Of a stretch of DNA of 64,000 bases, positions 1-9,760 are shown one piece after another (within the stretch, counting starts at the first letter, position 1; every line of letters begins with the position of its first letter). Source of the stretch: Myxococcota bacterium (GTDB taxonomy: Bacteria; Myxococcota_A; SURF-8; G963677705); assembly GCA_963677705.1 (NCBI GenBank), contig OY782497.1:4458417-4522416 (forward strand), given 5' to 3'. The translations under genes were made by a program, and so were the position numbers. The notes beneath the pieces were generated by a model. That model saw only the letters and a program-made list of their open reading frames with translations, was not told where the DNA came from and did no database searches.

Positions 1-388
1 GAGTTCCACGCTCCAAGAGGGGGCGTGAGGTATCCACGGGGCTGGCATCCTTTCCCGCTTTGTCTTGAATGCCCTGTTGAGCGCGTTCATCCAGGAGCAT
101 CATGAAGGTACCCAGGGCGTTCAGGCTGCGGGGAAATCCGACGTAAGCGTACAGGTGAACCAGCGTTTCTTTGATCTCGCTCACCGTGAGGCCCGCCTCC
201 AAGCCTTCCTGCAAGGCCGGTTTCAGCGTCGCCAACTCGCCACTGGCGGTGAATGCCGCAATGGGAATGATCGCTTGCTGCCTAGCGTCCAAAGTATCCT
301 TCTGTCCGGCCTGAGCCGAGGAGAGGCTGAAGACATTGCTGATTACAAGTAAAAGTGCAATCAGAAGGACGTGTAATTTCGTGGTCAT
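1..388 (-). CDS. Carboxymuconolactone decarboxylase (CMD/AhpD-like) family protein with signal peptide, 3'-truncated by window edge
   Basis: Not in the ORF track. Manual translation from ATG 388 (GGAGA RBS upstream): MTTKLHVLLIALLLV...QQAIIPIAAFTASG...GLTVSEIKETLVHLYAYVGFPRSLNAL, a typical CMD-family motif. Confidence 0.8.
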   Translation of the reverse strand, partial: MTTKLHVLLIALLLVISNVFSLSSAQAGQKDTLDARQQAIIPIAAFTASGELATLKPALQEGLEAGLTVSEIKETLVHLYAYVGFPRSLNALGTFMMLLDERAQQGIQDKAGKDASPVDTSRPLLERGT

Positions 389-400
389 GGGTCTATCTCC

Positions 401-1675
401 TTAAGATTGAACGTGACAGGGGACGCGATGCTGTTTTTGTTTTTCATGGGGCCGGACGGGAAACAGCAAGCTCATGGACAGCAAACATCCAAGGCCACTC
501 AGAGCCATTACCCAGCCCATCGGCCAGGGCGTGCCGTCGGCGAAGAGTCCGACCAGTCCGGAGCCCAGAATCCCGCTGCCATATTGGACCGCACCGACCA
601 GCGCGGAAACGGCCCCGGCCTGTTCCGGGAAGTCGGCCAGGGCACCGGTGATCGAGTTGGCGATGACAAAGCCGGTTGTTGCTGTGAAGGCTAACAACGG
701 CACAACCAGCCCCCAGAGACCGCCGAAACCGGTACGGGCGGCCAACCCGGTCATCGCGGCGCTGATCGCCGCAGCGATAGTGCCGATCAGCAGTAGCCGG
801 TCGTAGCCGTAGCGAGGCACCAGGCGCGAATTGATCATGTTCACGGCCATGATCCCGATGATCCCCAGACCGAACAGAAAACCGTAATGCTCTGGAGCGA
901 CGTGGTAATAGGAAATGTAGGCGGAGGGTGTGCCGGAAACATAGGCGAACGTTCCAGCATAGACGAAGCCTCCCGTGCCCGCGTAGCCCAAAAGGCGACG
1001 ATTGCGCAGCAGGGTTCCATATCCGAGCAAGGAACGGAGAATCGGCTTGTGGCTACGTTTCTCCATCGGCAGGGTTTCAGGGATGGTGTACAAGTCCATC
1101 ATGGTCAGAAGCCCGATGCCGACCAGTGTCCAGAAAATGGCGCGCCATCCGGCCAGGGTTACAATCTGTCCGCCGACCAGCGGGCCGACGAGGGGGGCGA
1201 TGGCCATCACGGTTATCAGGGTAGAGAGCATCTGCGCGCCCCGGTTGCCCTCGTAGAGATCCCGCACCATCGCCCGGGACAAAGCCACACTGGCACAAGC
1301 ACCAAGCGCCTGCACGATGCGCCAGGCAATCATCACCGGCGCACTGGGGGCTAAGGCGCAACCCGCCGAGCCGATGATGAACAGGACCAGACCGATGGCC
1401 ACCGACGGACGACGGCCATAGCGGTCACTGATGATACCCCAGAGGAGTTGGCCCAGGCTGAAGCCGATGAGGTAGCCGGAAATCGTCCACTCAATCATAC
1501 CCGTACCGGCATGGAGGGAGCGGCCCATGTCCGGCATCGCCGGTAGATACAGGTCGGTGGAGATCGAGGCGAATCCCATCAGCAGGCTGAGAACCGCCAG
1601 CACGTACCAGCCATGAGGGCCGGAATCTGTCTCGCCGTGTTGACCGGCGTTGTTGTTGATCATGGATGCGTGCAT
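401..1675 (-). CDS. Bcr/CflA family MFS drug-resistance transporter
   Basis: STDLYLPAMP, SDRYGRRP and ~12 hydrophobic segments. Confidence 0.9.
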   Translation of the reverse strand: MHASMINNNAGQHGETDSGPHGWYVLAVLSLLMGFASISTDLYLPAMPDMGRSLHAGTGMIEWTISGYLIGFSLGQLLWGIISDRYGRRPSVAIGLVLFIIGSAGCALAPSAPVMIAWRIVQALGACASVALSRAMVRDLYEGNRGAQMLSTLITVMAIAPLVGPLVGGQIVTLAGWRAIFWTLVGIGLLTMMDLYTIPETLPMEKRSHKPILRSLLGYGTLLRNRRLLGYAGTGGFVYAGTFAYVSGTPSAYISYYHVAPEHYGFLFGLGIIGIMAVNMINSRLVPRYGYDRLLLIGTIAAAISAAMTGLAARTGFGGLWGLVVPLLAFTATTGFVIANSITGALADFPEQAGAVSALVGAVQYGSGILGSGLVGLFADGTPWPMGWVMALSGLGCLLSMSLLFPVRPHEKQKQHRVPCHVQS

Positions 1676-1735
1676 GGTTCGTTCCTCACCCCTTCATCCC
1701 TTTCGGGGCAACTTCTCTGGGGGAATCTTCGGTCC

Positions 1736-1776
1736 CAGAGTGTCCTTGTACAGCGTCTCTGCACAAGGACACTCTG
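1736..1776. other. Intergenic stem-loop (14-bp perfect stem, no U-tract)
   Basis: CAGAGTGTCCTTGT...ACAAGGACACTCTG between the ADH and MFS genes; possibly an mRNA stabiliser or attenuator. Confidence 0.5.
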
Positions 1777-1781
1777 TTCGA

Positions 1782-2972
1782 TTACAGGGCCATACGCAGT
1801 ACGTCGATGATGTCTTCTTCGGTCATCGGCGGAAGGGCGGGCAGACGGCCTTGGCCATCGTTCAGCACCAACAGCGTGTCTTTGGCGTAGACATCAAACT
1901 TGGAGTCATCAATGCCGATCTCGGACAGGCGGGTCGGACAGCCGATGGACTTGAGGAAATCCTCGTAACGCTGAATGCCTTCCAACGCGCAATCCAGATC
2001 CTCCGCACCGTTGCCCTTCAGACCGAAAATGCGTTCGGCGAATTGCACGAACTTGGCCGGGTTCTTTTTGGCTGCAAAGCGCATCCAGGCCGGATTGACC
2101 ACCGCCAGACCGGCACCGTGGGTGACGTTATGATGGGCAGAGAGCGTGTGTTCGATCATGTGTGCCGGGGAACCCATCGCGGCAACCCCGGCCTGCACCC
2201 AGCCGTTCAAGGCGACAATGGAGGCCCACTGCACCTGGGTACGGGCTTCCAGGTCTTTTCCATCGGCCACGGCTTTCGGACCGTATTCCATCGCCGCCAG
2301 GATGGTGCCTTCGGCGAAACGGTCTTGGATCGGCGTGTTGTTCGCACCGTTGAAATAGGTTTCGGTTACGTGGACGATGAGGTCACAGACGCCATAGGCC
2401 GTTTGATCCTTGGGAACGCTCACGGTCAATTCGGGGTCAACCAGCGCCACCTTGGGATACAGACAGGGTACCATTACGAAAGACTTCATCGTCGTTTCTT
2501 CATTGGTAATCACGGAACCCATGTTCATCTCGGAGCCGGTGGCGGCCAAGGTGGGAACGGTGATGATAGGTAGGGCTTCGGTGGGGAAGCGGGGCAATCC
2601 CTTGCCTTGGAAGAACATGTCCCAGGGTTCGCCTTCATACAAGACTGCTGCGGCAATGGCCTTGGCTGCGTCCATCGTGCTGCCGCCACCAAGGGCGATG
2701 ACTACGTCACAGCCTTCTTCCTTGGCAGTCTTCATTCCGAGTTTCACCGAGGAAAGATGCGGGTTCGGTTCCACGCCGGTGCATTCGGCATAAGTCATCC
2801 CTGCTTCCTTCAGGCTGGCCACGGCTCGGTCGAAGGTGCCGTTCTTCTTCACGCTGCCGCCGCCGGTGACGACGAGGGCTTTCTTTCCATAGGCGCTGGC
2901 CAATTCTCCCAGACGGGAAAGACCACCGGCACCAAAGACGAGACGGGTTGGATTCTGAAATTCGAAGTTCAT
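1782..2972 (-). CDS. Iron-containing alcohol dehydrogenase (butanol dehydrogenase/YqhD-like)
   Basis: MNFEFQNPT start, GVEPNP, GGGSTMDAAK, TLAATGSEMN, HMIEH..., HGAGLA metal ligands. Confidence 0.92.
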   Translation of the reverse strand: MNFEFQNPTRLVFGAGGLSRLGELASAYGKKALVVTGGGSVKKNGTFDRAVASLKEAGMTYAECTGVEPNPHLSSVKLGMKTAKEEGCDVVIALGGGSTMDAAKAIAAAVLYEGEPWDMFFQGKGLPRFPTEALPIITVPTLAATGSEMNMGSVITNEETTMKSFVMVPCLYPKVALVDPELTVSVPKDQTAYGVCDLIVHVTETYFNGANNTPIQDRFAEGTILAAMEYGPKAVADGKDLEARTQVQWASIVALNGWVQAGVAAMGSPAHMIEHTLSAHHNVTHGAGLAVVNPAWMRFAAKKNPAKFVQFAERIFGLKGNGAEDLDCALEGIQRYEDFLKSIGCPTRLSEIGIDDSKFDVYAKDTLLVLNDGQGRLPALPPMTEEDIIDVLRMAL

Positions 2973-3020
2973 GCTGTTCTCCTTGGATGGGTTTGTTGGG
3001 TTTGAAGGGTTGGTGTCTGC

Positions 3021-4109
3021 CTAGTTCAAATGTTTGTTGAAGAAGGCAGAGAGCTTATCAAAGGGGATCATGTCGGTTCGGTCGTAAAGATCGATATGTC
3101 TTGCTCCGGGAACAATGACAAGTTCCTTGGGTTCTGCGGCTTGTTTGTAGGCATCTTCTGTGAAATAGCGGGAATGAGCCTTTTCACCGATGATAAACAG
3201 GATGGGGCGTGGCGAAATGCTCTGAATCTTATCCATCAAGGGGAAGTTCATGAACGCCATGTCACTGGTTTGGGTAAAGGCGGCAATGGAGCGAGGATGA
3301 AATCCGCGTTTCATGGCGTAATATTCAAAGAATTCACTTGTGATGGGGTCGAGTCCCTTGGGAATCATTTTCGCCGGTTTGTTGGGAAACGAGGGGGTTA
3401 AAGCTGGAGCGCCTGAATCCACATCTTTCCAGCGTTGTGCGGCCAACGCATCCAGATGCTCGTTGCGTTGTTTGGGGGTCATACCGTCCATCCACCCTTT
3501 CGACTTCACCCGACTCATGTCATACATGCTGATGGCAGCCACGGCTTTGATACGGTGATCTGTCTGAGCTGCAGTAATGGAAAACGCGCCACTACCACAG
3601 GTTCCAATCACGCCGATTCGGTTTCGGTCTACAAAGGAATGGGTTCCCAGAAAGTCTACACCCGCGCTGAAGTCTTCGACAAAGACATCGGGGGACGAGA
3701 CGTGTTTGGGCTCACCGCCGCTCTCTCCGTTGTAGGATTCGTCAAAAGCGATGGTTACGAAACCACGCTCGGCCAAGGTTTGCGCGTAGATACCCGCCCC
3801 CTGTTCTTTGACGCCTCCGTAGGGAGTTCCAACGACGAGGGCTGGATGCTTCGTGGATTTGTCCAGGCTTTTGGGGAGATACATGTCTGCGGAGAGGGTG
3901 ATTCCGTAGCGGTTTTTGTAGCTCACCTTTTGATGATGTACCTTGTCGCTTTGGGGGAAGGTTTTATCCCATGATGGCGTGTTGGCTGCGAACGTGACTG
4001 CCGAAGTGGATAGGATCAGCCCCATGACCATCAACGCGAGAATGCTTGTGTAGTGAGCAAAACATGGTTTTCGTTTCATTTTGGCTCCTTGCGTTCTTGT
4101 TTTACACAT
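3021..4109 (-). CDS. Exported alpha/beta hydrolase (YcjY-like, Cys nucleophile); start may be 4079
   Basis: PYGGVKEQGAG, GESGGEP, GTCGSG nucleophile elbow, ISPRPILFI, HIDLYD; N-terminal signal peptide. Confidence 0.85.
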   Translation of the reverse strand: MCKTRTQGAKMKRKPCFAHYTSILALMVMGLILSTSAVTFAANTPSWDKTFPQSDKVHHQKVSYKNRYGITLSADMYLPKSLDKSTKHPALVVGTPYGGVKEQGAGIYAQTLAERGFVTIAFDESYNGESGGEPKHVSSPDVFVEDFSAGVDFLGTHSFVDRNRIGVIGTCGSGAFSITAAQTDHRIKAVAAISMYDMSRVKSKGWMDGMTPKQRNEHLDALAAQRWKDVDSGAPALTPSFPNKPAKMIPKGLDPITSEFFEYYAMKRGFHPRSIAAFTQTSDMAFMNFPLMDKIQSISPRPILFIIGEKAHSRYFTEDAYKQAAEPKELVIVPGARHIDLYDRTDMIPFDKLSAFFNKHLN

Positions 4110-4139
4110 AGGATATCTTTCTGTAACTTCCTATATGAG

Positions 4140-4535
4140 TCAACTTGCGTACTGGGTATCGGATACTTTTTCCATCCATGTAACCGGTGAGTCGTTCTGC
4201 TGTTCCTGAATGGCGATGTGGGTCATCGAGGAATTCGGTGACGCACCATGCCAGTGCTTCTCCCCCGGTGCGAAACGGACGACATCCCCGGCATGGATTT
4301 CTTCAATTGGGCCACCTTCATGTTGAGCAAGGCCGCTGCCGCCGGTGACGATCAGGGTTTGACCCAGAGGATGGGTATGCCAGGCCGTGCGCGCTCCCGG
4401 CTCGAAGGTCACCACGCCACCGCTGACCTGTGAGGGTTCCTCGGCATTGAAGAGCATGTCTACGTAAACGGTTCCGGTGAAGGTTTTTTCCGGTCCGTGA
4501 AAGGTGCTTCGTGATTCGCTGCGTGAAATATCCAT
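4140..4535 (-). CDS. Cupin domain protein
   Basis: [20 protein letters not shown]...HWHGA...MTHIAIQE; start set at ATG 4535 after AAGGAAA. Confidence 0.9.
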   Translation of the reverse strand: MDISRSESRSTFHGPEKTFTGTVYVDMLFNAEEPSQVSGGVVTFEPGARTAWHTHPLGQTLIVTGGSGLAQHEGGPIEEIHAGDVVRFAPGEKHWHGASPNSSMTHIAIQEQQNDSPVTWMEKVSDTQYAS

Positions 4536-4612
4536 TGTCTTTTCCTTTCTCAATGCAGAACCTTTCGGTTCGTCTATGCTTGCTACTGTACAGCACTCCA
4601 CGAGAAAGAGGT

Positions 4613-4651
4613 TAGACCGATCCTCCGGGATTATTGCCTGATCCTACGGGA
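4613..4651. promoter_or_regulatory. Putative AraC-family operator, tandem direct repeat
   Basis: TAGACCGATCCTCCGGGA and TTGCCTGATCCTACGGGA with 21-bp period, between the divergent cupin and AraC genes. Confidence 0.6.
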
Positions 4652-4720
4652 ACATGAAAATCTATTGCAGGAGACGAGGAAGGCTGATAGAGTGAGAATG
4701 GTTAAGAAAGGAAGATAACT

Positions 4721-5659
4721 ATGAATAAACAGCATGATACACAAAAAACAGAAAGAGATTCGGTCCGCGAGCCACTGGGCAAGATGAGTGCCATGATTGC
4801 CCAAAGAGCCATTGATGGCGAGCCGCTTCTTACGCCGGTGCCGGGCCTGTCCTTTCATCGTTACAGCGAACCCACCCAGCCGAAGAGTGCCACGTATGAG
4901 CCGAGCTTATGCCTGGCGGTGCAAGGAAAGAAGCGTGTGCGGATTGGTGAGGAAACCTTTACCTATGGGGAGAATCACTTCCTGATTACCTCCATTCATC
5001 TACCCGCGATGGTCAGGGTCATTGAGGCAAGCCCGGAGACTCCCTATCTTGGTTTGGTTCTGCGTTTCGATCAGCGGGAATTGGCGCAATTGATGGTGGA
5101 CAGCAATCTCCCTGCGCCCAGAGCGCAGAAGTCCAGTTTGGGCATGTCGACAAGTTCCTTGACGCCGGAATTGCTTTCCGCCTTTCAGCGTTTGGTGGGC
5201 TTGCTTGACCAACCGGAGGATATTCCTATCCTCGCACCCATCATCACCAAGGAAATTCTCTACCGGTTGTTGATGGGCGATCAGGGAACACGGCTGCGCC
5301 AGATTGCCTCGGCAGGGAGCCAGAGCCACCAGATTGCCCGTGCCATCGACTGGTTGAAAGGCAACTATTTCCAATCGCTACGGGTGGAGGATCTGGCCTC
5401 GGAAGTGAGCATGAGCGTCTCAACCTTCCATCAGCATTTCCGCCTGATGACCGGGCTGAGCCCCTTGCAATACCAGAAGAACCTGCGCCTGCATGAAGCT
5501 CGCCTGCTGATGCTCAACGAGCAGATTGACGCCGCCACGGCAGCCTTCCAGGTGGGTTATGAAAGCCCTTCGCAGTTCAGCCGGGAATACAAACGGATGT
5601 ACGGCGCGCCGCCTGCGCGGGACATCAAGGAACTGGGGCAGGCCGGTCAGATGGGGTGA
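4721..5659 (+). CDS. AraC family transcriptional regulator (YqhC-like)
   Basis: AraC N-terminal domain (YEPSLCLAVQGKK) and C-terminal HTH (SPLQYQK...VGYESPSQFSREYKRMYG). Confidence 0.93.
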   Translation: MNKQHDTQKTERDSVREPLGKMSAMIAQRAIDGEPLLTPVPGLSFHRYSEPTQPKSATYEPSLCLAVQGKKRVRIGEETFTYGENHFLITSIHLPAMVRVIEASPETPYLGLVLRFDQRELAQLMVDSNLPAPRAQKSSLGMSTSSLTPELLSAFQRLVGLLDQPEDIPILAPIITKEILYRLLMGDQGTRLRQIASAGSQSHQIARAIDWLKGNYFQSLRVEDLASEVSMSVSTFHQHFRLMTGLSPLQYQKNLRLHEARLLMLNEQIDAATAAFQVGYESPSQFSREYKRMYGAPPARDIKELGQAGQMG

Positions 5660-5725
5660 CGAGTTCTCTTCACAATTCTCTGTGAACGTGTCTGTCACTT
5701 GGGTCGTGTCTTCATGCAATCCAAT

Positions 5726-5747
5726 CCCGGCGAGAAAACACTCGCCG
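5726..5747. terminator. Hairpin between convergent genes
   Basis: CCGGCGAG-AAAACA-CTCGCCGG. Confidence 0.45.
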
Positions 5748-5768
5748 GAATATGGAAAAACAGTCGTG

Positions 5769-8700
5769 TCAGGCAATCCGCCGCCGACGCAGAGTTGTCA
5801 GAAGCAGGAAGGCGACAGTCCAGAAAATCAGGCTTGCCGCCGGAGCTTGCCCCTGCGCTGTCATGCAGCCGCAGCCGTCATCCCCACCCGTCCCGCTCGT
5901 GCTGTCAAGGCCGTTCTCATTGTCATCATCATCGTCGTCATCATCCGCTGTGTCTGAGTCGGATGCTTCAATGACCACGCTGGCGTCCGGTTCGGTCTTG
6001 ATTTCTTCGTTGCCCAGCCAATCGACAGCGGTGACCATGATCTCCAGGTTCTCGGAATCCTCTACCGGGATCACGCTGTGGGTCAAGTCGGTTTCTTCAG
6101 CTAGTTCCGGTTCCGCACCATCCCGGCCAACATAGACCTGAAACAAGCGGGCTCCCGCACCGATGCCATCGTCCGACGCCCATTCGAGGGTCAGTTCGTT
6201 GCCCGTGAAGGGGCTTTCCGGTTCGACCAGTGTTGTAGCGGGGGCTTCCTCGTCGATGACGTGTTGCCAGACATTGGTTTCTATGGGGTCGTTTCTGTCA
6301 AACACGATGCTGGCCTGGTTGGCGATCAGTGTGTTTGAGGCGAGACCTTCCTTCAGGTTGATTCGATAGCGGATTACTCCCTGGCCCTCCGGTGCCGTCA
6401 CGTTGGGAGGCAGGAACCCGGCCAGGCTATCGGTTGTGGGTTCGTGGGTCTCGGTGTCATAGGTGGTGAGGGTGAAGGCGATCTGCCCGTCTGCGCCGAT
6501 GTCGCTGGCCATCATAATGGCTTTGTCGTCGTCCAACGGAATATCCAGGTAGCCTGAGCTTTCACCAAGATAGAAGTCGTGAATGCTCTGGCCGATCTGC
6601 ACGCTTTCGACATGCAGCGTGTCCAGGTCGTACATCGTGGGATCAAGTCGCTGATCAATGGTTACCACCTGGGCGGGTAAGCCCGCCTCGGCCTTGTTTT
6701 CGAAGTGAATTTCAAAGGTCAATTCACGACCGCGCTTGATGGCGTGGTTATCTCCGAAGCCTGTGATGCCGACAATCTCATTGGGGTCGATGGCGTCAAG
6801 TACCATCTGAACGAGTTCCGCCACCGCGTCGGCGGCATCGTCGCCCCAGTTTGATCCGCCCCCGTGGCTGCCGTGGATGTCGCCGCCGTCCAAGACCGGG
6901 TCCGCCGATTCATCCAGTACGCAATCTTTGATCGCCTGATTGACGGCACCCAAGACGGCCTGTGCACCGAAGGCATCCCCCACACCGGCGGCATCTGCTC
7001 CGCAGGACATCGTCGCGCTGATGCTCAGATCGACCGCGCTGATCGGTTCGGGCTCGATCCCTCTGCGGGCTGCGAGACGGTCTGACATGACTTTATCGCG
7101 AATCGTGCCCCAGAGGCAGTCAGCCGGAAGCGCAACGCCATAGGCTTCGGATTCGGCGGCTAAAATGGACTTCTTGCAGTCGATGATGTGGGCGCTTGCG
7201 CCTGTTTTGACCTTGCGTGTTCCCACCGGTGGAAGATCGGAGAAGAACTCTTCCGAAGGGAAGGACCAGGCCTGCGCCAGCGCAGACTGCTCGCCGCGGT
7301 CGATCCGCGTGACCCAGAAGCGCACCGTATGCCGGGAAAGCGCCCGGACGCGCCCGATGTGGAAAAGCGTCTGGATCATGTCGTCCATTGTGGCGAAGCG
7401 ATCAATGTTGTCCCAGTCGATGGTGTCGTCCTCGTGAACGTCGAAGCCGGCCCATTCAAAGGCTGGCTCAACCCAGGCATTTCCGGGGAAGGCGAGCATG
7501 ACCAGCGAGCCTACGGCATCGACATTTCCATAATTGGTCAAGGTGATGGAGATCAACTCCGGGATGCCGGTACGAACCCGTCGGGGCGCGACCAGATTAA
7601 GCCCCAGGTTTTTCACGTCGGGTTCGCTTACCTCAAAGGCGTTTTCAATACGCTCTTCGGCGGTACCTTTGACCGTTACCAGATCGTACACGCCGGGTTC
7701 GGCATCATGCAACATGAACAGGCACTCAAGATCCCGACCGCGTGCAGCGGGCAGCAGTCGGACGGCCTCGAAGATTGCATCTGCTTTGACCAGACGCACG
7801 GCATCCACCGTATTCATTTCCGGACCGTTCAGGACGAGGCTGACTTCTCCCTGTCCTCCTTCTCTGGGGAAGTAATCCATAATCGGTATGCCCTCAATGG
7901 GCGGGGCAGAGATACGCCAGAAAATGCCGTCGGGGTTCGAGAGCAGTTCGGCCTGAATCGCACCCTCAACCATCGCCAAGCCCTCGGAACCACTCTCTCC
8001 GCCTAACAGAACCTCGCCCGAAGGCCGTAGCGCCATGCCGCCGATGGCTTCACCCCAGGTTCCACCCAGCGTGCTGGCGTAGATCAGGTCATCCAGGTTT
8101 TCACTCAACATGACAAGAAAGCCGTCGTTCAACCCGCCATACGTTGCTTGCAGTGGGTCGCCGCTGACGGCTACTCTGGGGAAATCTTCCCCACCGCAGG
8201 TACCGGCGACAAGAATCCGTCCGCCGGGATCAACGTCCAACGCTGCCACGGTTTCCGATTTGCTGGAGCCCAAGAAGGTAGAACGGATAGCAGAGCTATC
8301 GCCCTCTGGGACAACGCTTACGAAGGCATCCACCAGTCCGGCGTTGCGTCCCTGATAGGCCGCATCATCGCCGGGAAGATTCATCGCGTAGGTTTCACCG
8401 GCCAGGATTACCGTTCCGGAATCCGTCACGCGGACTTTCTGCAAAAGCGTCCCGGAGTCACCCCCGAAATAGCTGGAGCGTAGCACCTGGAAGCTGCTGT
8501 CCAATGTGAGCCAGAACCCGGCATGGTTACCGCTCATGCCGTCCTTCACGGCATCGACAAGCGGCAGGTCTTCCGAGCGCGTCTCGCCGACGATGTGCAG
8601 CAGGCCGGAGGCCAGATCAAGACCATAGGCCCGGTCTTTGCCGGAGCCGCCGTAGGTGGCAGAGAACACAAGGTTGCTTAAGTCGGCGGAGAGTACACTG

Positions 8701-9383
8701 ATAAAGGCTTCGTCGCCGCCGGTGGTGGCGCTCAGTACCGCGCCCTCTTTCGGGAAATTCTCCGAGTCGGTGTGTCCAACGGCCACGGGGCGTCCGCTGT
8801 CGTCAAGAATCAGATCAAGAATCCGGTCGATACCTGTACCGCCCAGGAAGGTGGATTGCATCAAGGTCGTGCCATCTGCGGAGATTCTGGCGACGAAGCC
8901 GTCACCGTATTCACCTGCCAGAGCGGAATCTCCTTTGCCGCCGAAGCTTGCCTGAACCACGCCGTCTGTCACGGGAAAATCATCGGAAGCTGTGTAACCG
9001 CCGACGATGGCATTGCCGTCTGCGTCGATGACAACAGTGGTAATCACATCGAAATCGGTGCCGCCCAGCAGTGCGCTAAACAAAACCGTCTGGCCATCGG
9101 GTGAGAGCTTGGTGATGAAGCCGTCCAGGAAGAAACCGTCATATTGATCCTGAAACACCCCGGAACTGACCATGAAATCCGGCGAGCGCGTTTCACCCAC
9201 CAGATAGATATTGCCAGCAGTATCGTAAGCCACGTCGTGAATCCTGTCTTCGCGGTTGCCGCCCAGGTAGCTGGCCGAGAGCAGGTCCGGCACGGATTGC
9301 CCGAAGGCGACAGCGGAGGTCAGGAAGAGCCATAAAGCCTGAAAAAGGCCGTTTCGATAGATGGTTCGCATCCTCTGTGTCAT
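5769..9383 (-). CDS. Large surface protein: SBBP-type beta-propeller repeats, Ig-like/DUF7619-like region, Asp tract, MYXO-CTERM-like tail
   Basis: Repeated S-Y/F-LGG..D...GxTxSxDFP units; AIDPNE...HFEN...GFLPPN; C-terminal DDDDDDDD-GCGC-TM-RRRR. Start set at ATG 9383 (AGGGGGA RBS). Confidence 0.75.
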   Translation of the reverse strand: MTQRMRTIYRNGLFQALWLFLTSAVAFGQSVPDLLSASYLGGNREDRIHDVAYDTAGNIYLVGETRSPDFMVSSGVFQDQYDGFFLDGFITKLSPDGQTVLFSALLGGTDFDVITTVVIDADGNAIVGGYTASDDFPVTDGVVQASFGGKGDSALAGEYGDGFVARISADGTTLMQSTFLGGTGIDRILDLILDDSGRPVAVGHTDSENFPKEGAVLSATTGGDEAFISVLSADLSNLVFSATYGGSGKDRAYGLDLASGLLHIVGETRSEDLPLVDAVKDGMSGNHAGFWLTLDSSFQVLRSSYFGGDSGTLLQKVRVTDSGTVILAGETYAMNLPGDDAAYQGRNAGLVDAFVSVVPEGDSSAIRSTFLGSSKSETVAALDVDPGGRILVAGTCGGEDFPRVAVSGDPLQATYGGLNDGFLVMLSENLDDLIYASTLGGTWGEAIGGMALRPSGEVLLGGESGSEGLAMVEGAIQAELLSNPDGIFWRISAPPIEGIPIMDYFPREGGQGEVSLVLNGPEMNTVDAVRLVKADAIFEAVRLLPAARGRDLECLFMLHDAEPGVYDLVTVKGTAEERIENAFEVSEPDVKNLGLNLVAPRRVRTGIPELISITLTNYGNVDAVGSLVMLAFPGNAWVEPAFEWAGFDVHEDDTIDWDNIDRFATMDDMIQTLFHIGRVRALSRHTVRFWVTRIDRGEQSALAQAWSFPSEEFFSDLPPVGTRKVKTGASAHIIDCKKSILAAESEAYGVALPADCLWGTIRDKVMSDRLAARRGIEPEPISAVDLSISATMSCGADAAGVGDAFGAQAVLGAVNQAIKDCVLDESADPVLDGGDIHGSHGGGSNWGDDAADAVAELVQMVLDAIDPNEIVGITGFGDNHAIKRGRELTFEIHFENKAEAGLPAQVVTIDQRLDPTMYDLDTLHVESVQIGQSIHDFYLGESSGYLDIPLDDDKAIMMASDIGADGQIAFTLTTYDTETHEPTTDSLAGFLPPNVTAPEGQGVIRYRINLKEGLASNTLIANQASIVFDRNDPIETNVWQHVIDEEAPATTLVEPESPFTGNELTLEWASDDGIGAGARLFQVYVGRDGAEPELAEETDLTHSVIPVEDSENLEIMVTAVDWLGNEEIKTEPDASVVIEASDSDTADDDDDDDDNENGLDSTSGTGGDDGCGCMTAQGQAPAASLIFWTVAFLLLTTLRRRRIA

Positions 9384-9760
9384 GTTGTTTCCCCCTGTTG
9401 TGGAGCGATGAAAGTGCAACAATGCCCCAAGTCTATGCACTATATATGAATCAAGACATGCTTTATCACGACTCACATAGTAACAAATAATCATGACCGC
9501 TCCAAGCGTAAAGCGGAAGAAACCGGGTTTGCCGTTTGCTGATTCTTTGCCAACAAAAAGCGCAATCGTGCCTATCGGTACTGAGAACAGCATCCGGGTG
9601 AGAAGGGGGATGGGATTTGCCTGAAGCCGATTGTCAAAAGGGAAGATGGAAAAAACGACAATTCTTAGCGAGCCACAAACAATTCTATGCTATACTACCT
9701 CGGTTTCCATACAGGCGACAACCCGTATTTTCCTGATCCGACTGAAGGAGAGTATTTACC

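Noticed and set aside
65-352. Plus-strand 95-aa ORF from the track
   Set aside because: Antisense to the CMD-family gene found on the minus strand
9500-9560. c-di-GMP-I riboswitch suggested by GGCAAAC on the minus strand
   Set aside because: The following GNRA stem and GACGCAAAG elements are missing
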